A stretch of DNA of 64,000 nt from Octopus vulgaris (GCA_951406725.2 OX597815.1:49848001-49912000), one strand, 5' to 3'; positions 1 through 13,824 are shown, counted from the stretch's first letter. Translations and numbers: made by a program. The notes: generated from the letters alone by a model not told the origin.

Positions 1-6
1 ATATAT

Positions 7-267
7 ACTTTTATTCTTTTACTGGTCTCAGTCATTTGACTGCGACCATGCTGGAGCACTATCTCAAGGCATTTTAGTCAAACAACTCAAAACTAGGACT
101 TTTAAAAGCCTAGTAATTATTCTATCTGTCTCTTTTGCTGAACTGTTAAGTTACAGGGACATAAACACACCAACACCGGCTGTCAAGCGATGATGGACAC
201 ACACACACGCACACAAATATATATATGATAGGCTTCTTTCAGTTTCCATCAACCAAATCCACTCATA
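7..267 (-). mobile_element. tRNA-derived SINE family A, 3' portion
   Basis: Reverse complement matches the body and tail of the near-intact copy at 42013-42428 (cagtcatttgactg..ccatgctggagcac..ggcttctttcagtttcc..ccaaatccactca). Confidence 0.85.
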
Positions 268-561
268 GAGGTTCCAGAGATTGGGGTTCCCGTTATTAGG
301 TCAACCGAAGTACCGAAGTACTTATTGAGTGTAAGCAACTCAGTATCCAATATATACTTGTCTTCTCCACATAAATTTCCGGCACACTCAACACGAGACT
401 TTGTGTGCATATGCGCATGCGTGTGTATGAGAACGAGAGACAGAAGACTAAGGTTTCTAATTCAAAGTACAGTCCATCTTGTACAAAGTGTAAGTACAAC
501 CAAAAGTCCTTCTCGAGCCACTGGCTCATATAACAGATTTCCTGGAGTCTGTGGTATATAA

Positions 562-800
562 AGGGTAAGGGTAAATACTCCCTTCGTTCATGAATGACCA
601 TGGGGTTGCACCTAGAAAGTTACCCTCTGAGGCACAAGCCCAGGCAAAGTTGTATATGGAAGACCAGCAGCCACACATGCATACCAGCCTCTCCCCTCCA
701 TGCCATTGATGTTATCCAAGAGAAAGGCTAAGGGCAAGGCAGCTTGGTACCAGTGATGTTGCAACTCATTTCTACAGCTGAGTGAACTGGAGCAACGGGT
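562..800 (-). mobile_element. SINE fragment sharing the family D central segment, with a different tail
   Basis: Ends in actcatttctacagctgagtgaactggagcaa, shared with ~60488-60520; the rest is a distinct GC-richer tail. Confidence 0.6.
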
Positions 801-809
801 GTAAGTGTT

Positions 810-886
<77 letters not shown>

Positions 887-894
<8 letters not shown>

Positions 895-1159
895 ATCACG
901 TGACAGACCAGGCCATCAGATGTTGCTACATATCACTGGTCACAATGACGCCACCCCGCTGGCTAAGCGAGCAGGCCAATAGAAGAAAGAGTGAGAGAAA
1001 GTTGTGGTGAGAGAGTACAGCAGGGATCACCACCGGAGCTCGTGGAGCTTTTAGGTGTTTTCGCTCAATAAACACTCACAACGCCCAGTCTGGGAATCAA
1101 AACCTTGACCCTACGATCGCGAGTCCACTGCCCTAGCCACTGGGCCATTGTACCTCCAC
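887..1159 (-). mobile_element. tRNA(Arg)-like SINE (possibly octopus OR-type)
   Basis: Minus strand reads GTGGAGGTACAATGGCCCAGTGGCTAGGGCAGTGGACTCGCGATCGTAGGGTCAAGGTTTTGATTCCC: A box, TCG anticodon-like loop, degenerate B box, then a non-tRNA body. Confidence 0.7.
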
Positions 1160-1992
1160 ACACACACACACACACACACATACACACACACACATACACA
1201 CACATACACACACATATATATATATATATATGAGATCCCCACCGGACAGGACGTTAATCCATCTCAGGATTTGGGGTAAAATGAAGTGTTTTGCTTATGT
1301 AACAACCTACTACATGGTGTAAAAATTGAAACCACAATCTTATCATGAATGCAACATCCTAACCACTAAACCACCCAACTACAATACATGTATATTGTAA
1401 TTAATAAGTGTAATATTCCACAGACGCTTGTATTCTTGAACTTGAAGTAGATTTTAAGTAGGTGGAGTATGGACTTGTATGAATGTTTGTAATTATGAAT
1501 TGGATCTCTGGTTCACTCGACATGTTTCTGCACCATTTTCATCTTTCGAATTACACTTGCAAAACCTGGGCAAGCATCTTTTAAATAACTTTAAAATGTC
1601 GGCTCAGTAATTCAACGAATTTCTTTCATAAAAGCTTTCATGAAAATCCCCTTTTGAAAGAAATCAGCCAAATAAACAACTAATGAAACATGGTTTTCCT
1701 TGTTTGGAACAAATGATTTGTATAAATTATATCCATTGACATCAATGAAAATCCTACTAGAAATATTTACACACTACAGTATATATATGTTTGTATGCAA
1801 ATTCCGGAACAATGTCATAAAACAAATTGCGAAAAGAAAAACTGAGAAGAAATGTCAATTTTCGTCAAGGCACAAAGGAAAATGTGATTTTTCTTTATAA
1901 AACACAAAACACATCTTGTAAAAACTAAACCAAAGCATATTTTCTACTTTATTACTTTCCTTTGGGTGAATATTCGCTCATTTATTATTTCT

Positions 1993-2039
<47 letters not shown>

Positions 2040-3454
2040 CATTATTACTTTGTTGTTGTTGTTGTTATTTTTATTTTGTTTTTCTAATTATTTATTGTTG
2101 TTGCTGTAGTTGCTGTTTCTGTTTATCACCAGATAGAAGCAATGAAATTCATTGAACAATAGAAAACAAAAATCTTAGGAACAGTTCTAGCTATAAACAA
2201 TTGATAATTATTCCCTATTGATGAAAGAATTAAGACCAATTGATTACAGCAGTTATTTTTCTCTTGACAGTTAAGTGACTTCTGTTTGTCATTTGTTGTT
2301 GCTGTTGTTGCGATTGTTGTTATTCTTCATGTTCGGTTATTATGCTTTTCTTTTCTTTCGCAATAACTTTCTTGTTTTACTCTCACCTCTTGCTTCTCCT
2401 CCTCTCTCACCCTCTTTCTCTCTATCTCTCGCTTTCATGTACACACGCAAGCAAACACATTGCACACACACGCGTACACACATTCAGGAAATATTCAAAT
2501 ATTTTCAGATGTAATTATCATTGTTCGTACATTTTCAAAATCCAGAACGGAGTCCCAAGTGTAAAAGTAATGACATTAGAGTGTCTTTTAAGATTTGTCA
2601 TCAAAGAATGAAATGTGACAGAGGAGGGAGAAGGGGAAGTGCGTGTGTGGCTTCATATCACATATGGCCACACACATACACACACATATATATGCCTATT
2701 TATATACATACAAACATAGATATATGTATAACCAAAGGCACACACACAACTATATTAGGATAAGTAATGCAGTTTTCTGTATAGAGAAATGTTAATGTGC
2801 TTAAACTCCCTAATGGCTATATTTCAGAGACCATATATTATATCTAACATGTATACTTTGAAAATATTTATACCAGTAAAAACACTCATTTTGCTTTTAT
2901 GAAAGAGCATTAGCAACATAAGTGAAGTGAAATGGTTCCGACTGAGAATTGACATTACATCCAAAATTCATTTTTATGCAAGCTTACCTCAACCATGTTT
3001 AAGTACGGCCCTATTATAGTAATAATGATTTCTAACACAGGCTGAAAGATTCGTCATTGAGTGAAGGGATCAGCCGATTATCTCTACCCTAGTACGAGTA
3101 CATGATTGGCACTTTCTTTAGTCAGTTTTAGAATGATTTTATTTATTTGGTTAGTAGAAGTGTAGCATCCATGATCCATTTTCAGTGTCTCTAAGACTGA
3201 GGGAAGAAAACAAGCAAGATAATGAGGTCAGAGATCGAGCTTGATTGCTTCCAATTGCGTAGAACCAACTAATTGCGGTTGAAGGTTAATATTTTCTTAT
3301 TTTATCAATTTTTGTTCTCTGTGTAGTTATGATTATTTTTACCTTTTACCAGGGTGTGTTCCTCTTCCAAGAAGTCATTTTGTTTCGAATATTAGCAAAA
3401 ACAAAAGAAAATGGGCAAAAATGACACACGTATTCATTCATATATATCGTTGGC

Positions 3455-3635
3455 GATTTTCTTTCTCCGTCTTCCCTTCCTTGGACTTTTTCATTTTTCT
3501 ATGTTTCTTACGAAGAGCTCCGCTCGAAGCGTTAAATCCTCCTTCTTTCTTTCCTTTCCTGAGCGTCCAATAACACTATACTTGTTCCACGTCTTCGCGT
3601 TGTTGTGTTTTCTCTTTGTTCATGTATGGATTAAC

Positions 3636-3640
<5 letters not shown>
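3455..3640 (+). mobile_element. Penelope-derived non-autonomous fragment with decayed minimal hammerhead (3503-3537)
   Basis: GTTT-CTTACGA-A-GAGC-TCC-GCTC-GAAG-CG-TT-AAAT has hammerhead topology with two core mutations; pyrimidine-rich tail ends in a TA/CA microsatellite; similar to 49388-49570. Confidence 0.55.
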
Positions 3641-3673
<33 letters not shown>

Positions 3674-3677
<4 letters not shown>

Positions 3678-3895
3678 GTTGACTAGAAGTCACCCAACAG
3701 TAAATTAAATACTATTTGTAATTCTGTATTGACTTGAAAGGAAAAATGTGTCGCTCAAGAAGGACTTCAGTTTGAACAATTTTCATGATGTTTCATATTT
3801 AGATGCTTTATTAATTTCATTCATTTGTTAAACATAAATAAATCTTGGAATTAAATGGTTTTTATTTACTGTCAGGTGACTTTTGGCCAACCCTG
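3674..3895. mobile_element. Tc1/mariner-type MITE
   Basis: ~32-bp imperfect TIRs (CAGGGTTGACTAGAAGTCACCCAACAGTAAAT / ATTTACTGTCAGGTGACTTTTGGCCAACCCTG) followed by TA; internal KCVAQEGLQFEQFS* resembles a Tc1-family transposase C-terminus. Confidence 0.8.
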
Positions 3896-4342
3896 TATTT
3901 ATTTTTTCTTTCGGTATTTTCAAATACTGTCCAACATGTGTGTCTCCAAGTGCCTACTCAAAAACTTACTGAATCGTCCTGGTTAAAGTGTGGTCATGTT
4001 AATATTGTATACTTCTCTAGCATGATGCCAACGACTTCGATTTTCAAGATGTTTTACAGCATGCCAATGATGTTGCTCGCATATAAATGCATAGCACCCC
4101 GATGTCACTGCTCTATGCATCTACCTTCTGCAATAATTGCTCAAAGGTTAAAGCATACAGGAATGATCAGAACGAACTTTTGACTGATAGACCAGGTTCT
4201 GATAAGTAGCCTTTCAATATGAACATCAGACAGACTGCAACCTCATCGGAATCCTACTAAGATGCTGTATTAAATAAGGTGGTGATTGTTTTGGATGGAT
4301 CTGCTGGGGATCCCAGTTTTGTGAAGCACTAAACAACAAAGA

Positions 4343-4839
4343 CTAGCAGTATAACCCGGCTTTGCCTGGGATTAAGTTAGGATTATTAAGCTAATCAAGT
4401 TCTTTATTTCAAACCAAACTAAGTAACATCGACGTCAAATTTGGGCAAAATCTGAAATTGGTTTATATATATATATATAGTCAACACACACATACATGTA
4501 CATGTTTTTTGTATGCATACATGTTCATGTGTGTTGCCCGTATATCAACAAAACACTATTTTCCGCGATAGAAAAAACAACAAAAGTCTTAACAAAAACT
4601 TACTCGTCGCTAGAAGGGGACTTAACTCTTGAAAATTGTTAAAAGTTTTGGTTGAAAATTTGTTTTTACTGCTATTAGTTGGTGCCTCTGGGGAAAATAA
4701 GTTGACGAAATTACAGCTAGGATCATGATGAATGTCCTCCTAAAATTGGAGCGACATGCGTGCTAATTTGTGGACGTGCATAAATTACATTCACGTACAC
4801 ACACACACACACACACATCCTGCCTTTCATATATACAGA
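4343..4839 (-). mobile_element. Non-autonomous Helitron-like element
   Basis: Minus strand starts A|TCTGTATATATGAAA and ends with a GC hairpin (plus strand cccggctttgcctggg) then CTAG|T; A|T insertion site, no TSD. Confidence 0.7.
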
Positions 4840-5541
4840 TAAACATTAACCTTTTTCTGAATAGCCTAACCTTTAATTCGATAACTCTGTTTAGTAGATT
4901 TATAATTTGAAATTACAAATCCTGTTGCCCTGCTACATGTCCTTACTCTCCATTGTCATTATTCTCAGGTTGACATATCTGGTAACGTGTGTTCAATCCA
5001 AGATGTCTCGATGCTTACATTCAGAAGCCCCCTTCATAAATATAACAGCAAACCTACTGTTGTTACCCTCGTCTTAACAAATAATTTTCTTCATTTCAGC
5101 TGCACAAATGTTTATCTATCGGATACTCGTGTTGCAACGGTATTTTTTAGCAACTTGTTCAGGATTAAATAGCATGTAAACACCAACTAGTTCATAAGAG
5201 GTTGATGACTGATCTTATTTCTTTTATGATTTTTTGTAAATCTTCTCTAGGCGGGTTTCCAAGTAACCTTATCTTACAGTAGACACATCACGTCTAAAAT
5301 TAGTAGTTTATTCTTCAGTTTCTTCTGCAATGTCTTTTTGAAAGTGTAATCCCTTCCTCCATATTGATGTACTGACGAATTTCTTCAAATATTTTTCTCC
5401 ATTATGTTTAAATTGAACCGTTTACATAAAGCTATCATGTTGCAAAAATATTTTTACTCCGAGAGTCCTCGAGTTTGTTACTGTTATTTTTCTTTATATA
5501 TTCGTGTTAAGTTATAATTAACTCTAAGTACATTCGGACGT

Positions 5542-5551
5542 GGAAAGTCCC
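5542..5551 (-). promoter_or_regulatory. Perfect NF-kB/Rel consensus site (GGGACTTTCC) in a CpG-retaining non-repeat segment
   Basis: GGAAAGTCCC on + strand; single motif, function unproven. Confidence 0.25.
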
Positions 5552-8500
5552 TTTGCTGCGAAAATAATCTCAGAAGAAAATTCTCTTCCTAGACAACACG
5601 AGTGAAAACACGTTGGATTGTGAATGACATCAATGGTCCTTAAGAAACATGCGTTTCGGTGTTATGCATCATTAGCTACGAAAAAGAAATCTACCTTTCA
5701 CAGCCAGAAAAGAATGATTCGTTTTTATGTTAGAACATCAAGCAATGCATTCGCTGATGTGCGTAGAGATAGATCAAAGTAGAATTAATTAACTAAAGCT
5801 GCATGTTTTTAAAAACAACTGTTTTATTGTCACTGTTTAGTAACACAAAAGGTAAAAATCCTAATGGGGCAGGTTTATGATTTAAGTCATTCCAACAATA
5901 GATATTCCATCTTAATTTCTTCCTACATCGTGTAATCTCCAATATGCTCTTTTTTACGATGATCGGATGTAAATTGAGGGATATTTTACAGCTACTGGCA
6001 GCAGGTCAGGCAGTCACCCGATGGTTCCATCGTAGCCTTTGTTACTGTTAGATATGTAGTCACATATGCTCAGAGTATTATGTGATGCATGTATTATCAT
6101 TTCTGTTCGATATATTTCTGAACTTTGCTGTCCTTGTTTGATACGTTTGTGTTACTTTTTGTTCTGTGTGACTGTGATACCTTCTATGTTTTATATAATT
6201 GTTTTATTCTCTATTATAAGTGTGATCATGTTACTGTTTGTGTCTGCTTACAAATGAGTCATTTTCTTTATTTAATTCATGTGTCATATTTTCCTATTAT
6301 TTTGTGTGATAGTGTTCCTATATACGTTTGATATGTATATATGTTTATGATAATATTGTTCTTTGTATTTGATATTTTCCAATATATACGTGTATTGTTC
6401 TCTGTATTTGATATATTCATAATATTTTCTAGTATGTGTGCAAGTGCTTCTACCAGTGTCTGCTCTAGTTGTCATTGAAAATTCTTAGAAGCATTCAAAG
6501 CAAGGAAATATTCCTCCTCTGCCAAGAAAGCGGGTGGCTAACACTATTAATGAAGTCACTACCTACTATTTTCGTTAGCAGAATATTTTTTTTAAATGGT
6601 AAAAACAGAAAACCATTACTTTTACCACCAGAATATAAAAATTTCAAATTTTGACCTGCATGCTTTTGGATATATTAATAAAAGCTAACATTTCATTTAT
6701 ATTTAAAAAATAATTAACAAGTCGCTAGTCCAAACAGGAATAGTTTGGAAGTCCTCTTGTTACATAATAATCATTATCTAATAATTGGTAATACTAATAG
6801 TAACATTAGTAGTATAGTTAATTATTAAATTTTGCACAGATACACAGCCACACTTTTTATTGGTGAAAGAATTCGATTTAATACCAAATCATTATTATCC
6901 ACTAGTGTGGTGTAGCCATCAAAAGTCATTGACATCTTGCACTTAGAATATTTTGGGCTGCTAGTCAGCAAGGCATCACTCAGAAGCAGACACAATTCAT
7001 TTTTAGCTGAGAGGAAGAGGTGTAATTAAGTGTTTTGCCCACCTCGTCTAGAAGTCAAACCTACAAACTTATAATTGTGGGCTCAATAACCTCACCACCA
7101 GTTCATAAACCTTCAGTAAAGAGATGATAAATTAAGTCAAACCCAATAGGATTTGAAATTTACTTTACTTTAGTGTAAAGAGATGAATCTTCAACTAATA
7201 ACGACAACAATTATGATTTATATAAAAGTGTTAAAGACCCACTCACCATTGGTTTCAAATATGGGCATTCGGTTGTTTGATCAATGTCCTATTGACTCAT
7301 TAAATTAATGTGTAAGTGGCTGCATATTCCACAAACACTTTCAGGCTGAAATTGTATGACATATGTGAGAAAGTTGGACCATTGGATTATGGGTATTCTC
7401 CATTCAACAAGCTTCCACACAGTTTCTGACCACCCAATTTAACTCACAAATTTTGGGTTGACCTGAGATTATGGTAAAAGATACTTGACCAAGATATCAC
7501 ATTGTAAGATTGAACCTGGAGCATCATAACTGTCATGCTAGTCTTTGTACAAGCATAGAATAGCATAAACAGTTGAGCACAAGGCAATACAATATTTAAC
7601 TTTGCTCTTCTCTTATTCAGATTCCATGGAGATCACGTGTACTTCTTTTCACTCTGGGGTCTATATAAAATGTACCAGTAAGACATTGTATTTTATTAAA
7701 ATCATCTACACACATTTTTGTATACATTTGTGGCCTTGTGCCAGTAAAACATTATTATTACTATTAAAAAGATTAGTTGTTTATAAATGAAAGCAAGCTA
7801 AATATTTACGTATATATTCTCTAAATATTTATGTCTTTGAAATGCATCAAGGAAATTCAGAGAAATATCTGGAAAATTTATTTTCTTTTTCTTATTTTTT
7901 CTTTCTTTCTTGGTTAATTTTCTTCTTTTGACTTGTAGAATATGTTGGTGAAGTGATCAAATAGGAATATATAGGTAGAATGTCAATTAAGTGCATCAAG
8001 ACATGACATCTCATGGGGTTTGCACATATCATTTTAACCCAATCTTAGTTATCTGTTGGATAGTTGTCACAGACTGATGCAACAGAATGCTAAGTTGCTA
8101 ATAAAAGAATCCTCATCACAGACCATGAGACAGTCTGCAGGGGAATTAACGATAAGATCTCTCAGAGCAATTATCTGCACAATGCTTTCTACTCCCTCTT
8201 CGAAGCTTGACAAGTTTAACCTGAAATAAGATGAAAAGGTGTGGTGGAAATTGGCTAAAAGCCAAAGCACTAACTTTAGTTAAAAGAAGAAGAAAGAAAA
8301 AAAGAGATAGAAAGACAGAAACAAAGAGATACTGAGTTTAAAAGACAGAAAGACAGAGAGGGGCATACACATAGAAAGCAAAAACCAAAAACCACGTCGA
8401 GAGGTAGTAAGAAAAAGAGACAATTTGAAGATAACTTTACTACATAACGCTTTTACTACAGCAGTGCAATGGAAAATTGGGCTGCTTTACTTTTAAGTAG

Positions 8501-9080
8501 AAATATCTAAATGAATGAGAAATTCATGAAGGAACCCATCAAATTTTCTAGCCAGGCATTTCAGGGCATGTAGGCATGGTGCCAATACCATCTTTAATAA
8601 TATTAAAGCTTGTCTAATCCCAGAAAAAGCTACAGAATATTTTTGCATGCAACACTTTCTATTTAATGTAATTGGTTCTGCTTTAACCACCGAATATTAA
8701 TTTCCATTTCTACTTCTTAGAATTATATTATTTTGATTGGAGTCACAGCAGGAAAGAGCAAATGACACTCAATATATTTTCAGGTAGACATTTTTCTTTT
8801 TTTCTTTTTTTTTAATTTATATATTCAATGTTGCTAACGGTAGTAAAGATTATGAAATAGCATCTATTTTGATAAAAGGATGACATCCTAAAAGGATACT
8901 ATGAGTACTTAACTGAACTGAACTATCTATAAGTAAGGTTTTATTTTTCCCATGCAATTATTTAAAATTTTTATCATGTCAAAAATGATTTGTAGTGTTG
9001 AGAATGTTTAGAATCTGCCAATATCACCTGAATACAATCCAAAGCTTTGTCATCATTGGTACTTGAAATAAACGGCTTTC

Positions 9081-9204
<124 letters not shown>

Positions 9205-9584
9205 GGAGTTATTTGTGAATGATTAACAATCCAGGAAAAAATACTTCATAAGTTTTCTGTTAGAACACTATATTGTTAAGGTTAGTAAAGAACTTTGTGT
9301 ATTCTTGTGACGGAATCCAATGTTATAATTCATCACCATTCTATACAGTAAATCCATGGTTCAGCTCTAGTTACATTAGTTTTTACATTGAGTGATATAC
9401 AAGACAAGGCATAAATAATAGTCATTACATATTTGTTTCTTTATTGCAGTGAATTTTACTTACAGCTGTTTCCAGTAGTAATTATAGGTTTGTTTTTGAT
9501 ATGTTTACTCAGTCAGTCCTTGGATTGGTTGAGAAATATTGAACAACCTAAAAAAGTTAATGATACTTCTGTTAGTCATTTTTG

Positions 9585-9618
<34 letters not shown>

Positions 9619-10824
9619 GTGTGTGTATGTGTGCATTATCTTTGGTAACACAAAATCTGGTAAGTTATCTTTAGCATTTACTTCATTTTAAAAAATATAT
9701 TGAAGCTACTTGCAGTACAAATAATTTACTTGCTCAATAGACAAATTAACCCCATAATAAATACAAATAGGAACCAACGGTATCACTGTTTTTAACCCCA
9801 GAAGGGTTTTTTGTTTTGTAGGGCATAGAACATGCATATTGTATTCAAGATACACAGGATTGCCAGTCAATTTTCGGTGTGCAGTTGGTCTCAGCACTGA
9901 ATGTAAACAAAAGAGTACAATCATACAGAACTCATAACGTACCTTAACTGTTGTTTAGTTCTAAGTCAGACTTGGGATCAAAAACACCTGGATATGGCCA
10001 TGCTATTCTTCCAAGCAGTGTCTCAAGGATTACGTTATCCTTCCTAGAGATTTGATAGCTCATTCACCCATTATCATGTTGAATACAATGACAAACTGTG
10101 CCACTCCAAGGTACTTACTTAGGTACTTGACTTGAACTGAGAAGAGTTAGTATCTTTACTAGAAAGACATTGTAGTATTCCTACATATAATGTTTGTAAT
10201 GTAATAAATACTTACAAATTTTTAACTGTTAGGTCAGAACTCTGTTAAATCTGGGGGCTGCAACTACTCTTTCTAGCATCAACATTCTTAATTTCAAGCA
10301 AATTATCTGTTCTTTGTATTTGCTTTACTCCATTGCTTTCTTTATAAATATTCATGGTATTGTATCTATGCCCACCTATCAATATAATTGCAATTTGTAT
10401 ACCATATACCGCAATGTGAGAAATATATCATATAAAGTGTGCATTTGTATAACACCATGTCTGCAGCTTGTCATTGGTAAACAAAAGATAAATTTGTTTT
10501 ATTTTAAAATGGATAAAAAAAATCCCTTTTCCTCTAAAGAGTTTATTAATCTCCTATTAAAAAAAAGAGTAAACTTTATAATGGCTAGTATAACCTTTAA
10601 ATGTCAATACATTTTAACATGCAGTTGCATGCAAATGCATATGAAGACAAATAGTCAAGTATTTGAATTCACAGAGTAGCAGATGGGACAATCCTATTTG
10701 GATAGCAAGCATGTTTGTGTAGTTTTAACCTATATTTAAAACACTGAGTACAAATTCCATCAGAAACATATGCTATACAAGGTAAAACCAGAAAGGATAT
10801 CTGGATATATGACTGCATATATTT

Positions 10825-11172
10825 TTTTTTCTTTTTCTTGTGTCAGTCATTTGACTGTGACCATAATGGAGCACCACCTTAGTCGAACAAATCGACCCCA
10901 GGACTTATTTTTTGCCAAACTCCTAAGTTACAGGGATGTAAACACACCAACATCAGTTGTCAAACGATGGCGGGGTTGTGGGACAAACACAGACACACAT
11001 ATACATATATATATATATATACATACACGACAGGCTTCTTTCAGTTTCTACCTATCAAATCCACTCACAAGGCTTTGGTCGGCCCAAGGCTATAGTAGAA
11101 GACACTTGGCCAAGGTGCCATGCAGTGGGACTGAACTGTGTGGTAAGCTACTTACCACACAGCCACTCCTCT
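10825..11172 (-). mobile_element. SINE family A
   Basis: Matches family A including the head (agctacttaccacacagccactcct). Confidence 0.9.
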
Positions 11173-11204
11173 ACCTATTATATACAAATCCTATCCAATA
11201 TTTG

Positions 11205-11375
11205 TTAGGGCAGTGTGCTGGGAGAATTGTTAGCCTGTCAGGCAAAATACGTAGTGGCACTTAATCTGTCTTTATGTTCTGAGTTCAAATTCTGCCAAGG
11301 ACAACTTTTCTTTCATCCCTTCAGGGTCAATAAAATAAGTACCAGTTGAGTGCTTGTGTCAAAATTTGACACCAA
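11205..11375 (+). mobile_element. SINE family B (Meta-domain-like)
   Basis: gttctgagttcaaattctgccaagg..tttcatcccttcagggtcaataaaataagtaccag shared with the other family B copies. Confidence 0.8.
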
Positions 11376-12289
11376 TATTAGTAACATAAATCTTCTGACA
11401 CTTACATTTATTTGTTTGTAATGACCAATTAATTAACATGTAAAGGGTTTTTATAAGGAGAAAGCACAAGCATGAATTATCTTCAGTTCAGAAATTTTGT
11501 CTGAATGTTTGTATCAAAGGGTTTTTTGTTTTATTTTATTGGTTTGGTATAGAGGGAAAAGCTATGCCCGTGACTTGTGAATCTTGGAACCCCAAAACTG
11601 GTGAGATTGATGCCAATAATGTTCATTTTCAAAAGCTGGTAATAACAAGAAAAATTAGGATTCTTGAGAAATGACAGTCTGGGGTGGAAGTACTGAGTAT
11701 AGTGTTTAGTACACTGTCTGGAGTGGTGGACATGATATAATGGATGAGAAGAGAAAAGGTGAGCTGGGAGTGCCTGAATAGAAACTAGCCTCAGGAATGG
11801 CAACTGTGGTGGAAGTTAAATCATGACCAAGTAAGACTGCTTCCTAAAGTCAGTAAGTCCATGTAAATATTCCAAAAGTAAAAAGAAGTTCATTGTGTAT
11901 GAATTTGCTTTGAGTGGATATAGTATCTCATAGCACTGAATCCACTTTACAGTGCAAGAGGTTGAGATGACCAGCAACCAACTGTGCTTCAGGTTTTTGC
12001 ACATGAGTATACTTTCCCCTCAAAGGAAGTTATATTGAGAGCTAGGGGTCTTTTATTCCAAGTAGTTCGCATGCTTGTTAACCCATTACTGAAACCCTAG
12101 CAAGTGCTACTGCTCCAGGTCAGAATAGACCTGAGAACAATAATGGCTAAGAGGTGGTTTCTCACTCAAAACCCTGGAAGTTCCATACCAGGGCTCCAGT
12201 ACCAAAGCAGTTCAAAGCCATACCTATGACACATAAATGGCAACTGTAGCACTGGTAAAAAGCAGAGGGGGAAAGAAAGAGAGGATGAC

Positions 12290-12560
12290 AGCACATTTTC
12301 AGGGCAGGGTTTCTTCAAGGCAATCCAATGAGTGGCCTTTCTTTGGATAAAGTCTTGAATGTCTTGATGTTGAGTAATAAAACTGTTCCAGGTATGGAAG
12401 CAATTCTCCATTGTATGTCTTACTTGCACTTTGTGCAGGGTTTTAAGCAAGATGATTAGGTCATGGTGAAATAGTTTTTATACTGAAGGAAAAAGTCTGT
12501 CTTTGAGATGCAGTTCTTGCTTGGAAGACATAGTTTACCATTCTTCAACAGCTACAGTAC
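12290..12560 (-). pseudogene. CR1-type LINE ORF2 C-terminal relic
   Basis: LKTLHKVQVRHTMENCFHTWN..DIQDFIQRKA resembles the LYKxxVRPxxEYCxxxW..xLxxIQRKA motif of CR1/L2 ORF2. Confidence 0.6.
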
Positions 12561-13223
12561 AATTGATGGCCTTTCATACAGTGTCTAATTAATTTCATCT
12601 ATAAAGCCCAACTTGATCCAAAGGCTATGGTAATTAGAAGCCAATTACCCAGGGTGTGAAGCCATGGAACTGAACTCGGAATCATCTAATTGCAAAGCAA
12701 ACTTCTTAAGTACACATCTAGAACTACTGTGTTGCTATTTTTGATTTATTTTTACATAGTTTTCTTCTAATTTAAATGATTTAGTCCTTTCTTTGTTAAT
12801 TTTAATGGGTTTTATTCACAATTATTTATCCAAATAATTGTTTCTCTTTTTACTTTGCTTCTTTGTTTTATCTGTACATATCTAATTATATCAATATAAA
12901 CATTATTTCAACTTCCATTAAAATTGGTTTTCATATTTATGTAAACATTATTTCATATTATTCCAATTACATTATCAATGAACCTACATTGTTATGTCAT
13001 ATTATATAATTACCACAACAAGTCCGATGAAATTAAATATTTACTGAAAATAAATGTGAATAATATTTATATTTACAAGAAGTATAAAATAATTAAAATA
13101 AATCACAAAATCGCTTAAACAAATGACTAAACATGCTTCACTAATCTGTTGACTACATATGCTTTTGTGTGTGTATGTGTGTACATTGTATATATATATA
13201 TATACATTTATAGATATATATAT

Positions 13224-13349
13224 AGTTGTTGACTCAAGCATCTGTTACTTAATGATTCGTGGATATGAAAATACATGTCTCTCAGATGTCTGCCATCTGA
13301 GAGACATATTTTCATGTCTTTGAATTTCCAAGTAATTAAGTCAACAACT
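13224..13349. repeat. Imperfect inverted repeat / hairpin
   Basis: Perfect 14-bp stem ATGTCTCTCAGATG / CATCTGAGAGACAT with a 5-nt loop, extended by ATGAAAATA / TATTTTCAT and AGTTGTTGACT / AGTCAACAACT. Confidence 0.85.
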
Positions 13350-13564
13350 GTTCAGTTTCTTGCCCACGTGCACACACACACACACACACGCAGTTTTTTT
13401 TATAACATTTACATATATGAAATATTGTAAGTAAATTTAAAATACAAACAGTATTTATAAATAAAAATATACTTGCTTGTAAATACTTTACCTGGGAATA
13501 TCATGTTGACACTTTTAAAGATGGAACAGAAAAATTACAGTGGACAATTCTCTACAAATATACA

Positions 13565-13783
13565 TTCTTTTATTCTTTTACTTGTTTCAGTCATTTGACT
13601 GTGGCCATGCTGGGAGCACCACCTTTAGTCGAGCAAATCGACTCCTGGACCTATTTTTGTAAGCCTATTACTTATTTTATCGGTCTATTTTGCTGAACCA
13701 CTAAGTTACAGGGACGTAAACACACACGCATCAGTTGTCAAGCAATGTGGGGAGGACAATCACAGACATACAAACATATACAA

Positions 13784-13824
<41 letters not shown>

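Larger units (their letters stand above)
500..1376 (-). mobile_element. Family D tRNA-SINE split by nested insertions (3' part ~500-560, 5' part ~1236-1376)
   Basis: Both pieces align collinearly with the copy at 60378-60634 (..tttcctgg..tgg.atat | ggac.ggacg..aatgaagtgttttgct..gaaaccacaatctta..cctaaccactaa). Confidence 0.55.

Noticed and set aside
7939-7974. 36-bp AG..GT segment after a polypyrimidine tract, reading (E)YVGEVI like a SET-domain motif
   Set aside because: All three frames contain a stop within the segment and no other SET motifs are nearby.
10770-11264. 164-aa ORF and similar ones at 13735, 23701, 47066, 47432 and 59053 sharing peptide words
   Set aside because: The shared words come from antisense translation of SINE family A.
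11560-12004. Possible CR1 endonuclease relic on the minus strand
   Set aside because: Too degenerate, and in the wrong order relative to the RT fragment at 12290-12560.
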